Counted from the stretch's first letter, positions 1-9,447 are shown. The stretch: 64,000 nucleotides of DNA from Patescibacteria group bacterium (GCA_943355005.1 CALRDV010000001.1:15410-79409), one strand, 5' to 3'. The notes: generated by a model from the letters alone, not told the origin. Translations and numbers: made by a program.

Positions 1-2
1 AC

Positions 3-353
3 AAAAAGAAAAAGGAGATGGTAGATAAGAGGAATGAAGCCGACTCTTTAATCATTCAAACTCGAAAAGTTCTTAAAGATGCAGGGGATAAATTTGGAGC
101 CGATGCTGCAAAGGAAATGTCTAACTCTCTAGATGAGCTGGAAAAAGAAGTTAAAAATGAGGCAGCTACTTTGGAGTCTCTCGATGCCAAATTAAAAGTC
201 TCAACTGAATTAGTTCAGAAACACGCCGAAGCCCTTTACAAGGCTGCTGCCGAAAAAGACAAAACAACTGAAGCGAAAACCGATTCATCACAGCCAGCGG
301 ACTCGTCCGCCGAAGCCTCTGCGAAGGCGGAAGAAGGAGAGGTTGTCGAATAA
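3..353 (+). CDS. dnaK: Chaperone DnaK, C-terminal fragment (gene starts upstream of window)
   Basis: RNEADSLI..., LYKAA and acidic tail EEGEVVE typical of DnaK lid; directly upstream of dnaJ. Confidence 0.9.
   Translation, partial: KKKKEMVDKRNEADSLIIQTRKVLKDAGDKFGADAAKEMSNSLDELEKEVKNEAATLESLDAKLKVSTELVQKHAEALYKAAAEKDKTTEAKTDSSQPADSSAEASAKAEEGEVVE
306..331 (+). repeat. Short palindrome inside dnaK tail (encodes SAEASAKAE)
   Basis: tccgcc-gaagcctctgcgaa-ggcgga, 6 bp terminal inverted repeat. Confidence 0.55.
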
Positions 354-361
354 TTAATTCC

Positions 362-393
362 TTGTAGGGGCATTGCGCACAATGCCCCTACAA
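362..393. repeat. GTAG-type REP-like palindrome
   Basis: ttgtaggggcattg-cgca-caatgcccctacaa, perfect 14 bp stem. Confidence 0.75.
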
Positions 394-450
394 TAGACAA
401 TATCCTTTGTCTCCCGCCATGGCTGGACCATCTCAATCAAAACAAACACC

Positions 451-1311
451 ATGTCCACTACAAGAGATCTCTACGATATTTTAGGATTACAGAAAACCGC
501 TAGCGCGGCGGAGATTAAATCTGCCTATCGTAAGCTGGCTCTCAAGTGGCACCCGGACAGAAATAAAGAGAAGGACGCCACCGAAAAATTTAAGGAAATC
601 AACGAAGCTTACGAGATTTTAAGTAGTCCAGAGAAGAAATCTAAATACGACCAATTTGGTCACGCCGCCTTCGGCGGCGGTACCGGCTACAATCCGAATG
701 GTGGGGCTTCCGGTAATCCTTTTTCTTCATATTATTCCACCGGTGGCAATATAAATTTTGAGGATCTCTTTGGTGGTCAAGGAGGTTTCTCCGACCCTTT
801 TGATATTTTCAGCTCTTTCTTTGGAGGAAATGCCGGCGGTGGTCGAAGGCCGGCAAAGCCTCACTACACTTTGAAGCTTGAGTTTATGGACGCAGTCAAC
901 GGTATCGAGAAAACTATAGTTCACGAAGGTAAACAATATACAGTCAAAGTCCCCGCCGGTATCGAAGAGGGGAACCGTATTCGTTATAACGAGTTCGACG
1001 TTAGTTTTCAGATTAAAACTAGCCCAATTTTCAAGAGACAGGGCTACGATGTCATAGTTAATCACGAAATACCTTTTACCTTGGCTATTTTGGGTGGAGA
1101 GATTGAGGTGCCAACATTGGAAGGAAACACCAAACTTCGCATCCGCCCCGGGACTCAGCCCGAATCAGTTCTCAGGTTGACCGGTAAAGGGATTAAACAT
1201 CTTCAGACCAATCGCCACGGCGATCTCTACATCCGATTCGTCATCAAAATCCCATCAAAAATTTCCTCTAAGCAAAAAGACCTCCTCCAAAAATTCGAAG
1301 AACTCTCCTGA
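451..1311 (+). CDS. dnaJ: DnaJ-family co-chaperone lacking the Cys zinc finger (class B/CbpA-like)
   Basis: J domain with HPD motif, G/F region, C-terminal domain; no CxxCxGxG repeats. Confidence 0.9.
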   Translation: MSTTRDLYDILGLQKTASAAEIKSAYRKLALKWHPDRNKEKDATEKFKEINEAYEILSSPEKKSKYDQFGHAAFGGGTGYNPNGGASGNPFSSYYSTGGNINFEDLFGGQGGFSDPFDIFSSFFGGNAGGGRRPAKPHYTLKLEFMDAVNGIEKTIVHEGKQYTVKVPAGIEEGNRIRYNEFDVSFQIKTSPIFKRQGYDVIVNHEIPFTLAILGGEIEVPTLEGNTKLRIRPGTQPESVLRLTGKGIKHLQTNRHGDLYIRFVIKIPSKISSKQKDLLQKFEELS

Positions 1312-1333
1312 CAATTTATAAATTTTTTGCCAT

Positions 1334-1364
1334 AAAAAATCCTCGAACAAAAGTTCGAGGATTC
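1334..1364. terminator. Intrinsic terminator between convergent dnaJ and 1375-1800
   Basis: aatcctcgaac-aaaa-gttcgaggatt stem with A6 tract on left (U-tract for minus strand). Confidence 0.7.
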
Positions 1365-1374
1365 ACTTCTCTGG

Positions 1375-1800
1375 TTATTGCTTGTCTTTGAGGGTAAAAA
1401 AGAACGGAACCAGACACATCAATTCCCACACGGTCATCTTATCTGTCCAGTCGCTCAATACAGTATCGCGCACGATTGTTGCCAGTTTCTCACCTCGTAG
1501 ACCAAGACATGCCATGCTCATGAACATTGCCATGCCAATATTCGCGGGTAGTCCTGGAGTATACATCTTTACCCATTCTCGAACTGAATCTCGAGCAAAG
1601 TTTGGACCATATCGAGTCTTCATTGCCGCGGTCATAAAAGCGACTACATTGTCATCGTTGGCTGGCAAATCTATGGTATTTTCACCTGCAGCCACAAAAT
1701 CCTCGATGCAAGCAAGCACCTTCGTGCGCGACGCGATGTCAATGTCAGGGAATTGAAGATCGAAACGTTCCATGAATTTTGAAATATGTTCTTGTGCCAT
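1375..1800 (-). CDS. Hypothetical protein (stand-alone accessory cassette)
   Basis: 141 aa ORF with GGAGG SD, upstream TAGAAT, own terminator. Confidence 0.7.
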   Translation of the reverse strand: MAQEHISKFMERFDLQFPDIDIASRTKVLACIEDFVAAGENTIDLPANDDNVVAFMTAAMKTRYGPNFARDSVREWVKMYTPGLPANIGMAMFMSMACLGLRGEKLATIVRDTVLSDWTDKMTVWELMCLVPFFFTLKDKQ

Positions 1801-1911
1801 TGTTTCCTCCGGGAAGCGTTAGATTTGATGTATATTCTACCACACCCAAGCCCAAAAGTCAAACATTATAGGGTTCAGACAGGTTCTTGGGCAAAAGCCA
1901 TAGTTTTGTAC

Positions 1912-1917
1912 TATAAT
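1912..1917 (+). promoter_or_regulatory. Putative -10 box of nusA operon
   Basis: TATAAT 120 nt upstream of nusA, followed by GC hairpin plus T-run (gggcggc-gtag-gtcgtcc-ttttt). Confidence 0.45.
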
Positions 1918-1990
1918 AAGCAAGAATTAGTAAAGTTATTTATGGGCGGCGTAGGTCGTCCTTTTTACTAAATACTATAATTAAAATTAT

Positions 1991-2018
1991 TGTCATTCCC
2001 GACCTGATCGGGAATCTA
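1991..2018 (+). repeat. REP-like palindrome, subfamily A (tgtcattcccgacctgatcgggaatc)
   Basis: Same 26-mer at 12853, 16695, 30050, 39865, 53930, 62249; one-mismatch copy at 35642. Confidence 0.9.
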
Positions 2019-2037
2019 TAAAAATAAGTTCAACAAA

Positions 2038-3243
2038 ATGGATACACAAACCCTTACCGCCCGTACCGAATTTGCCGCTGCTATCAATCAAATCTGCTCC
2101 GAACGTGGCATTTCCCCTGAAATCGTTTTAAACGCTATTAACGGTGCCTTGGTAGCCTCATTCAAGAAGGATTACCCTGAGCAAGCTCTCAAATTTGAGG
2201 AAGAGGAGCTCATTGTCTCCGCCGATGTAGACTCAGAAAACGGTCAATTCCGCCTCTTTGTTGGCAAGGAAGACGCAAAGAAGAAAGATCTGAAGGAAAT
2301 TACCCCTCCAGGATTTGGACGAATCGCCGCCCAAGCCGCCAAGCAAGTCATCCTCCAAACCATCCGCGAAGCCGAGCGTGAGGCTGTTCTCTCTGAATAC
2401 ACCGACCACTTGGGTGAAGTTATGACCGGTATGGTCCAGCGTATGGACGGTCGCAGTGTCGTCATCGATCTTGGCCGTGGTCAAGCAGTCATGCCTCCCG
2501 AAGAGCAAGTTCGCACCGAATTCTATCGTCTTAACTCTCGTGTCAGTGTCTATCTAAAAGAAATTACCGAAACGGTCAAAGGCAAGCAGATTATCTGTTC
2601 CAGAGCCGACGACAGATTACTCGCTGGACTTTTCCAGAGAGAAGTTCCTGAAGTTAGTTCCGGCGCCGTCCTCATCAAAGCCATTGCTCGCGAGCCGGGT
2701 TCCCGCTCAAAAGTTGCCGTTGAGTCCACTCAAGCAGGTGTTGATCCTGTCGGTTCTTGTGTCGGCCAAAAAGGCGTCCGCGTCCAAGCCGTCATCAATG
2801 ATCTAAACAACGAAAAAATCGACATTATTCAATGGTCTGAAGATAAAGATAAATTTATTAAATCTGCCTTAGCTCCCGCAGAAGGACTAAGTATCTCCTT
2901 CGATCGCAGATCCGGCGAAACTACCATTACTGTTCCTGCAGATCAGCTTTCTTTAGCAATTGGCCGAGGTGGTCAAAACGTCAAGCTTGCTGCTAAGCTC
3001 ACAGGCACTAAACTTCGTATTGTTTCCGAACAAGCTTCTCCTGAGTCGGCCATCGTCGTCACAGGCACCGAAGAATACGAAATCGATCAGCTCGACTTGG
3101 AAACCAAAGCCAGAAACACTTTGGTCGAAGCCGGACTCACTCACATTGAAGATCTTACAGAAGAAAAGTTGGACTCGGTCAAAGGCATCGGCCCCAAAAC
3201 TCTTGAGAAAATCAAGATCCAGCTCGCTTCATACAAAAGCTAA
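2038..3243 (+). CDS. nusA: Transcription termination/antitermination factor NusA
   Basis: FGRIAAQAAKQ, AREPGSRSKVAV, AIGRGGQNV KH motifs; C-terminal HhH. Confidence 0.97.
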   Translation: MDTQTLTARTEFAAAINQICSERGISPEIVLNAINGALVASFKKDYPEQALKFEEEELIVSADVDSENGQFRLFVGKEDAKKKDLKEITPPGFGRIAAQAAKQVILQTIREAEREAVLSEYTDHLGEVMTGMVQRMDGRSVVIDLGRGQAVMPPEEQVRTEFYRLNSRVSVYLKEITETVKGKQIICSRADDRLLAGLFQREVPEVSSGAVLIKAIAREPGSRSKVAVESTQAGVDPVGSCVGQKGVRVQAVINDLNNEKIDIIQWSEDKDKFIKSALAPAEGLSISFDRRSGETTITVPADQLSLAIGRGGQNVKLAAKLTGTKLRIVSEQASPESAIVVTGTEEYEIDQLDLETKARNTLVEAGLTHIEDLTEEKLDSVKGIGPKTLEKIKIQLASYKS

Positions 3244-3252
3244 TTAAATCCT

Positions 3253-4728
3253 ATGTCAGAAAACATTTCGGCCACAAGACCGCCTGTGGTTACTATTCTT
3301 GGGCATGTAGACCATGGCAAGACATCACTTTTGGATCGTATCCGCCACGCTCAAGTAGCCGCCGGTGAAATTGGTGGTATCACTCAAGCCATAGGTGCAT
3401 ATCAAATCGAGCATAAAGGTCAAAAAATTACATTTATTGACACTCCTGGTCATGCCGCTTTTTCTGCCATGCGACGTCGAGGTGGTCAGGCAGCTGATGT
3501 TGCCATTCTTCTTGTCGCCGCCGACGACTCGGTCATGCCCCAAACAATTGAATCCATTGAACATATAAAAGCCGCCGGTATTCCTTTTGTCGTTGCTGTT
3601 AATAAGGTTGATTTGCCTGGGGTAAATCCCGATCGAGTTAAAACGGATTTGGCCAATAATGGCGTCTATGTCGAGGGCTACGGCGGTAATATTCCTTTGA
3701 TAAACATTTCTGCGAAGTCAGGTTCTGGCGTGGATGACCTTCTTGAAATTATTTTACTTTTAGCTGAACTTGAAGAGTTAAAAGATAATTCATCTGAATC
3801 TCCATCAACCGCTCTGGTTATCGAATCTTCCTTACACCCACAAATTGGTCCTCTTGCTACTCTTTTGGTTAAGTCCGGAGTCTTCAAAAAAAACAGCAAC
3901 TTATTTTTTGGAAAAAAAAATATCGGAAAAATTCGTTCCATGATCGATTACACTGGTAAAGCTATTCCTCAAGCCGGTCCATCCACTCCATTCCAGGTGA
4001 TTGGGCTCTCCGATGTTCCTAGTGTGGGAGATATTCTTACCGACATTTCTGTCATCCCGAGCGTAGTCGAGGGATCTCACTCCACCCCGTCATTGCGAGG
4101 AGGCGAAGGCGACGTGGCAATCCAGGATAACTCGGAAGTAACTCCGGGAGTAGTGATTGAGACCAAGCCAATGTCCGAAAGACCAACCATTTTATTAAAA
4201 GCCGACGTCCAAGGTTCTTTGGAAGCTATCTTGGGAGCCATCAAAGATCAAGCCAATATTGTTTACTCTGCAGTCGGAAATATTTCCGACACAGATATTC
4301 AGACAGCTTACGCCGCAGGTGCCGAGATTCTTGGTTTTAATGTCCGCATTTCCAGCTCAGTTACCAAGCTAGCCGAAATTGAAAAGGTTAAATTCACCAA
4401 TTTCCGTATCATCTATCAGCTCTTTGATTATTTAAAGGATCTTCAGGCGAAAAAAACCATTGCCCAAGGTCCAAAAATTATAGAAACCGGTCAAGCTACA
4501 GTTCTTAAAGTATTCAATTTTGGCGGGACAATGGTTTATGGTTGTTTGGTTACTTCGGGCAAAATAAAATTTGGAGACAAAATTCAAAACTCTCGAATTT
4601 CTACCCTAAAAATAAATAAAGCCGATGTTTCCGAAGCCAAAAAGGATCAAGAGTTTGGGGCCACTTTGACACCCTCTATTGACTTTAAGCCCGGTGATAT
4701 AATGACGGCTACTACTATAGAAGCCTAA
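3253..4728 (+). CDS. infB: Translation initiation factor IF-2 (short, no N-terminal domain)
   Basis: [35 protein letters not shown]. Confidence 0.96.
   Translation: MSENISATRPPVVTILGHVDHGKTSLLDRIRHAQVAAGEIGGITQAIGAYQIEHKGQKITFIDTPGHAAFSAMRRRGGQAADVAILLVAADDSVMPQTIESIEHIKAAGIPFVVAVNKVDLPGVNPDRVKTDLANNGVYVEGYGGNIPLINISAKSGSGVDDLLEIILLLAELEELKDNSSESPSTALVIESSLHPQIGPLATLLVKSGVFKKNSNLFFGKKNIGKIRSMIDYTGKAIPQAGPSTPFQVIGLSDVPSVGDILTDISVIPSVVEGSHSTPSLRGGEGDVAIQDNSEVTPGVVIETKPMSERPTILLKADVQGSLEAILGAIKDQANIVYSAVGNISDTDIQTAYAAGAEILGFNVRISSSVTKLAEIEKVKFTNFRIIYQLFDYLKDLQAKKTIAQGPKIIETGQATVLKVFNFGGTMVYGCLVTSGKIKFGDKIQNSRISTLKINKADVSEAKKDQEFGATLTPSIDFKPGDIMTATTIEA
4050..4125 (+). repeat. Two tandem REP-like palindromes in frame inside infB
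   Basis: tgtcatcccgagcgtagtcgagggatctc (4050-4078) + cgtcattgcgagg...gtggcaatcc (4088-4123). Confidence 0.85.
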
Positions 4729-4730
4729 CT

Positions 4731-5696
4731 ATGGACGATCAAAATCAATTTTCCTCATCCAAAAAACTGATCCAGTCAGCCAGCTCGTTAATTGTTGCTC
4801 TTCCGCCGGATCCTTCTTCTGATATTGTTTCTGCTGGACTAAGTCTTCATCTTTCTTTTATCGCTTCAGGTAAGAAATCTCAAATCGGCTGCGGTACTCA
4901 AGTTCATGTCGATCCTAAACTGGTCGGAGCTCAGGAGATTGCTGATAGTATCGGAGCCAAAAATCTAGTCATTTCCTTTGATTATCACGAAGATGATTTG
5001 GAAAAAGTGGACTACGATGTCCGCCCCGATGGTAAGTTCTATCTTATGATCAAGCCAAAAGCCGGTGCCCCCACCCCTGATGTCAGCAACGTCAAATATT
5101 CCTACTCCGGCGCCTCAGCAGACCTGGTCATAACTCTAGGCATTAATTCTCTTGAAGAACTCGGCAAGATTTATGCCGATGAAAAAAACTTCTTAGATGA
5201 AGCCAAAATCCTTAGTTTAAATATCACTCCTAGGCCGGTGCAATTCACCAAAAATCTCCTTCATCAGTCAGCCAATTCTTTTTCCGAGCTGGTTTCCGAA
5301 CTCGTTGAGAAAACAGAGCTGAAAATTTCCGGAGATTCAGCCAAAAATCTACTTAGCTCTATTTACGAAGAAACCAAAAGTTTGACCAGTCCAAAGATGA
5401 CCGCTAACACTTTTTCTTCCATTTCCTTCCTTATGAGGAATGGAGCCAGGCTTCCAAATCAGCAAGCCTTTGTTCCTAGATTTTCCCAACCAACTTTCTT
5501 TGAAGCCCCTCACGCCCCCTCTGTCATTCCGACCGAAGTGGAGGAATCTCAAACCACCAACATAAGTGACGACGACAACGTTCCCATGCCCCAGGAGGAG
5601 AACAAGCCCTACGTCATTCCTCCATCGAACCTGCCAAACCAGAACGTCCCAAATGACTGGACCAAGCCCAAAATCTTCCGCGCTGGCGACCTCTAA
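4731..5696 (+). CDS. Degenerate DHH/NrnA-like phosphoesterase family protein
   Basis: Position after infB; DHH-fold-like pattern but catalytic residues altered; Pro-rich tail ending DWTKPKIF. Confidence 0.6.
   Translation: MDDQNQFSSSKKLIQSASSLIVALPPDPSSDIVSAGLSLHLSFIASGKKSQIGCGTQVHVDPKLVGAQEIADSIGAKNLVISFDYHEDDLEKVDYDVRPDGKFYLMIKPKAGAPTPDVSNVKYSYSGASADLVITLGINSLEELGKIYADEKNFLDEAKILSLNITPRPVQFTKNLLHQSANSFSELVSELVEKTELKISGDSAKNLLSSIYEETKSLTSPKMTANTFSSISFLMRNGARLPNQQAFVPRFSQPTFFEAPHAPSVIPTEVEESQTTNISDDDNVPMPQEENKPYVIPPSNLPNQNVPNDWTKPKIFRAGDL
5522..5550 (+). repeat. REP-like palindrome subfamily D in frame in 4731-5696
   Basis: tgtcattccgaccgaagtggaggaatctc; near-identical intergenic copy at 62193. 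Confidence 0.85.
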
Positions 5697-5713
5697 GTGC
5701 TAATATGTAGTAT

Positions 5714-6703
5714 ATGCCATTTACAGAACCTGTTCCATCTACAGAAATACCAGCAGACGATTCTCTAGAAATTCTCCATGAAAGAGGTAGTCTAGATGAA
5801 CGCAAGATAGTATTCAACGGTTTTGGTTCTCTGGATGCTCCATTTCATGGACTACCTAAAACAGAAAGATTGGAAGTAACTCTTGCCGCAAATGCAATCG
5901 TAGAGCTAGCTACATTTTTTACTGAAAAATCCTTTGAGGTTACCCCTGCCATGATTATGTCCAGAAATACACTTCCTTCAGGCGAGGTGGAAAACTGGGA
6001 CAGTTTGACCAAACAACTTGAGACTATAGATCCCCAGAAACGTGTAATTCCTGAAATTGTAGCTTCGATGAAGAGCAAGATGGCACAACTGTTATCCTCC
6101 CAGCCAGCCACCAGTGGAAGTGAAATTTCTAAGCTATTGATGGATAGGGATAAGATTGTAGAGACCCAGAGGACATCTTCTGTTATTACTCCGGATATGT
6201 GTCGTTTGGTAGGTGATACTATGGCTCTAATCACCTTTGGGCGTTTACCTCAAGAAAGTCTAAGAGATATCATACAATCAGATTCTCCAAAAGATTCTGA
6301 AGAACAAATACTTGAGATTATGGACATCATTGAAAATGTCAACTTTGAGGATTCAAATGAAGTTTATTTGAAATTATTAATAAACGGTCGCTTGCCAAAA
6401 ACCTTAAAATCTATTCAAGAAAGTGCAGATTCTGTTGACTTAAACACAACGCCGGACTTTCGTGCTGCCTCCTGGTTTCTCGCCGAAGTAAGGCTAAAAT
6501 ACAAAGATAAACAGTTTACCCCGAAGCAGTGGTCGGATTATCTAGGTGAGGTAAATAAGGCCGTTATGGATGCCAGATTAGCCCGCATGAGTAAGCCATT
6601 AATTATTTGCGGTGATGTTTCACAAAAAATGAGTCTAGACGAGGGATATGCCTTCTTAATGGCCAACTATCTCTATGGCAAAGAGCAAAAACTAGTTAAT
6701 TAG
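5714..6703 (+). CDS. Hypothetical protein
   Basis: 329 aa ORF; TGcTAATAT 7 nt before ATG (leaderless-like). Confidence 0.7.
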   Translation: MPFTEPVPSTEIPADDSLEILHERGSLDERKIVFNGFGSLDAPFHGLPKTERLEVTLAANAIVELATFFTEKSFEVTPAMIMSRNTLPSGEVENWDSLTKQLETIDPQKRVIPEIVASMKSKMAQLLSSQPATSGSEISKLLMDRDKIVETQRTSSVITPDMCRLVGDTMALITFGRLPQESLRDIIQSDSPKDSEEQILEIMDIIENVNFEDSNEVYLKLLINGRLPKTLKSIQESADSVDLNTTPDFRAASWFLAEVRLKYKDKQFTPKQWSDYLGEVNKAVMDARLARMSKPLIICGDVSQKMSLDEGYAFLMANYLYGKEQKLVN

Positions 6704-6761
6704 CCCTTCTCAGTTATGCCTGTTGGCAAATCTGCTCCTATCTGCTACAATACCGATTGAT

Positions 6762-7049
6762 ATGGCTCTTAAATCAGACAAAAAAATCGACATCATTAAG
6801 AAATTCTCCGCCAGTCCAAAAGACACTGGTTCTCCTCGTGTGCAGGTAGCACTCCTAACTTCTCAAATCGAGGAGCTCACCGGCCACCTTAAGGTCCACA
6901 AGAAGGATCACCACTCCCGCCGAGGTCTTCTCAAGATCATCTCCAAGCGCCGACGCCTTCTCAACTACCTCAGTAAATCCAATCCTACCGACTATTTAGA
7001 CATCACCAAGTCACTTAAAATTACAAGCCAGTTGCGCTCAGCCGAATAA
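6762..7049 (+). CDS. rpsO: 30S ribosomal protein S15
   Basis: DTGSPRVQVALLT, HKKDHHSRRGLLK; ATG at 6762. Confidence 0.97.
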   Translation: MALKSDKKIDIIKKFSASPKDTGSPRVQVALLTSQIEELTGHLKVHKKDHHSRRGLLKIISKRRRLLNYLSKSNPTDYLDITKSLKITSQLRSAE

Positions 7050-7179
7050 TTGTCTCTCGTATTAAGCGGGGATATATAGACATTTGAGGAGTAAATAGAG
7101 CACATCCCGAGCGTGGGGTATCTTCTCTTTTCTTCTCAAGTCACGGTGGAGCCAGCTATATTCAGAAAGGAAACCGGAT

Positions 7180-9396
7180 ATGACCTATCCATCCACCACC
7201 ATTGTTCTCAATGGTAAAACCATTATTATCGAGACCGGCCATTTTGGCGCTCAAGCTTCAGGTTCCGTCACTGTTCGTTGCGGAGACACTGTCGTTATCG
7301 CTTCCGTCGTTGCTTCCAAAAAGATCAAAGAAGGTATTGATTACTTCCCTTTATCTCTTGAATACCAGGAGAAATTTTATGCGGGTGGAGTCATCAGTTC
7401 CAGCCGCTTCATCAAACGTGAAGGTCGACCTTCCGAAAACGAAATTCTTACCGGCCGCGTCATAGACCGTTCGTTAAGACCTCTTTTTGACCAAGGCTCC
7501 AGAAATGAAGTCCAAATCATGGTTTCTCCGCTTTCCTACGATGGATCCGAAGAGCCTGAAATCTTGGCTGTCATTGCTGCTTCCGCTGCTGTTTCTGTCT
7601 CTGATTACCCATGGGCCGGTCCTGTCGGTGCTGTCCGAGTCGGAATGGACGCCAATGGTGAGTACATAGTGAACCCCACCGTTGAACAGAAAAAAGCTTC
7701 TCCTCTAGATTTGGTAATTTCCGGTCCTAAGGGTGGTATTTCCATGGTCGAGTCCGGAGCCAACGAAGTTTCCGAAGAAAAAATGATTGGTGCTTTGAGA
7801 TTTGCCGCGGAACATGTAGACACAATTGCCGATGCCATTGCTACTTTTGCCAAAGAGAATGGTAAAAAGAAACGTGAAATCGTCATTGCAGGTGTCGATG
7901 AAGCCGTCAAAAAGATTGTTGAAGAAGAATTTAAAAATGTTGAAGAAATATTAGTCAACGAAGCCAAGAAAACCGGAACTCAAGTTTCCGAAATCACCAG
8001 AGCTATTGCTACTAAATATCCCGACCTCGACCCTAATCAAATCAATGAAGTCGCCGATAGTATGCTTCGTGTCTTGGCCAGATCACAAATATTAGATAAA
8101 AATATTCGTGCCGATGGTCGCGAAGTCGAAGAAATCCGCAAGGTCAATATTGAAGTTGGTCTTCTTCCTCGTACTCACGGTTCTGCATTCTTCCAGCGAG
8201 GTCTTACCCATGTACTGTCTGTCGTCACTTTAGCTTCACCTGCCAGAGCTATGACTATCGATGGTATGAAAGGTGAAGAAATTCGCCGCTACTTCCATCA
8301 CTACAATATGCCTGGCTTCGCTTCCGGAGAAACAGGACGCCCAGGTACCGGCCGACGTGAAATTGGTCACGGCGCTTTAGCCGAAAGAGCTATCGTCCCC
8401 ATGCTTCCTGACGCTGCCACTTTCCCTTACACTATCCGTGTCGTTTCCGAAGTCATGTCCAGTAATGGTTCCACTTCTCAAGCTTCCGTCTGCGGTTCCA
8501 CTCTTTCATTGATGGACGCCGGAGTTCCTCTCAAGAAACCAGTTGCCGGAGTTGCCATGGGTCTTATTACCGAAGGTGATAAATACGTTACTCTTACTGA
8601 CATCAGTGGTTTTGAAGATCACTTTGGTGACATGGACTTCAAAGTTGCCGGCACTGTCGACGGTATTACCGCTCTTCAGATGGACTGTAAAGTCACTGGT
8701 GTTAACGCAGAAATTCTTGTCAAAGCTTTGGATCAAGCCAAACGTGGCCGTCTAAAACTTCTGGACATCATGAACGAAACACTTTCGGCACCACGTCCTA
8801 AACTTTCTCAATATGCTCCAAGAATTACTTCTACGAAGATTCCTCAGCTAAAGATTGGTGAAATAATTGGACCGGGGGGCAAGATGATCCGCCAAATTCA
8901 AGAAGATTTTGAATGTGAAATTGACATCCAAGAAGATGGCACTGTCACTGTCACCGGCAATGATCAAGCCAAAGTTGATGGAGCCATTGCTTACATCGAT
9001 TCTATGGTTGCCGAAGCTGAAGTTGGCAAGACTTACAACGGAACCGTTGTTCGTATCGAAGCCTTTGGTGCTTTTGTAAATATTATCCCCGGTAAAGATG
9101 GTCTTGTTCATGTTAGCCAAGTCCACCCTGATACTTTCCGAGCCATGAAAATGGGGGACAAAGTCAAAGTCAAATGCTACGAAATCGATTCCATGGGCAG
9201 AGTCAATCTGACGATGCTGGAAGAAGGTGAGTCCCCAATCAGAGCCGAAAGACCCGCAGGTGGTTCAGGCTTTGGTGGTGGTCAGCCTTCCGGCGGTCGA
9301 AGTTTCGGGGGTGGCGATAGAGATGGTAGAGGTGGCGACAGCCGTCCTCCTCGCGCTGGTCGTCCAACCTTCAGCAAATTCCGCGACACCCGCTAA
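7180..9396 (+). CDS. pnp: Polynucleotide phosphorylase
   Basis: Two RNase PH domains (RREIGHG, SNGSTSQAS, GDMDFKVAG), KH and S1. Confidence 0.97.
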   Translation: MTYPSTTIVLNGKTIIIETGHFGAQASGSVTVRCGDTVVIASVVASKKIKEGIDYFPLSLEYQEKFYAGGVISSSRFIKREGRPSENEILTGRVIDRSLRPLFDQGSRNEVQIMVSPLSYDGSEEPEILAVIAASAAVSVSDYPWAGPVGAVRVGMDANGEYIVNPTVEQKKASPLDLVISGPKGGISMVESGANEVSEEKMIGALRFAAEHVDTIADAIATFAKENGKKKREIVIAGVDEAVKKIVEEEFKNVEEILVNEAKKTGTQVSEITRAIATKYPDLDPNQINEVADSMLRVLARSQILDKNIRADGREVEEIRKVNIEVGLLPRTHGSAFFQRGLTHVLSVVTLASPARAMTIDGMKGEEIRRYFHHYNMPGFASGETGRPGTGRREIGHGALAERAIVPMLPDAATFPYTIRVVSEVMSSNGSTSQASVCGSTLSLMDAGVPLKKPVAGVAMGLITEGDKYVTLTDISGFEDHFGDMDFKVAGTVDGITALQMDCKVTGVNAEILVKALDQAKRGRLKLLDIMNETLSAPRPKLSQYAPRITSTKIPQLKIGEIIGPGGKMIRQIQEDFECEIDIQEDGTVTVTGNDQAKVDGAIAYIDSMVAEAEVGKTYNGTVVRIEAFGAFVNIIPGKDGLVHVSQVHPDTFRAMKMGDKVKVKCYEIDSMGRVNLTMLEEGESPIRAERPAGGSGFGGGQPSGGRSFGGGDRDGRGGDSRPPRAGRPTFSKFRDTR

Positions 9397-9420
9397 CCGC
9401 CGTCATTGCAAAAGCCGTAT

Positions 9421-9447
9421 AAAATCCCCATAACCGGGGATTTTTTT
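9421..9447 (+). terminator. Intrinsic terminator after pnp
   Basis: aaaatcccc-ataacc-ggggattttttt. Confidence 0.75.

Noticed and set aside
1382-1756. Plus-strand 124 aa ORF and the many antisense or alternate-frame ORFs inside core genes
   Set aside because: The opposite-strand or overlapping gene has the SD, promoter, terminator or clear homology; these are shadows.
9401-9412. cgtcattgc after pnp and cgtcattcg near 45092 as REPs
   Set aside because: Only the head is present; these may be remnants but cannot be supported.
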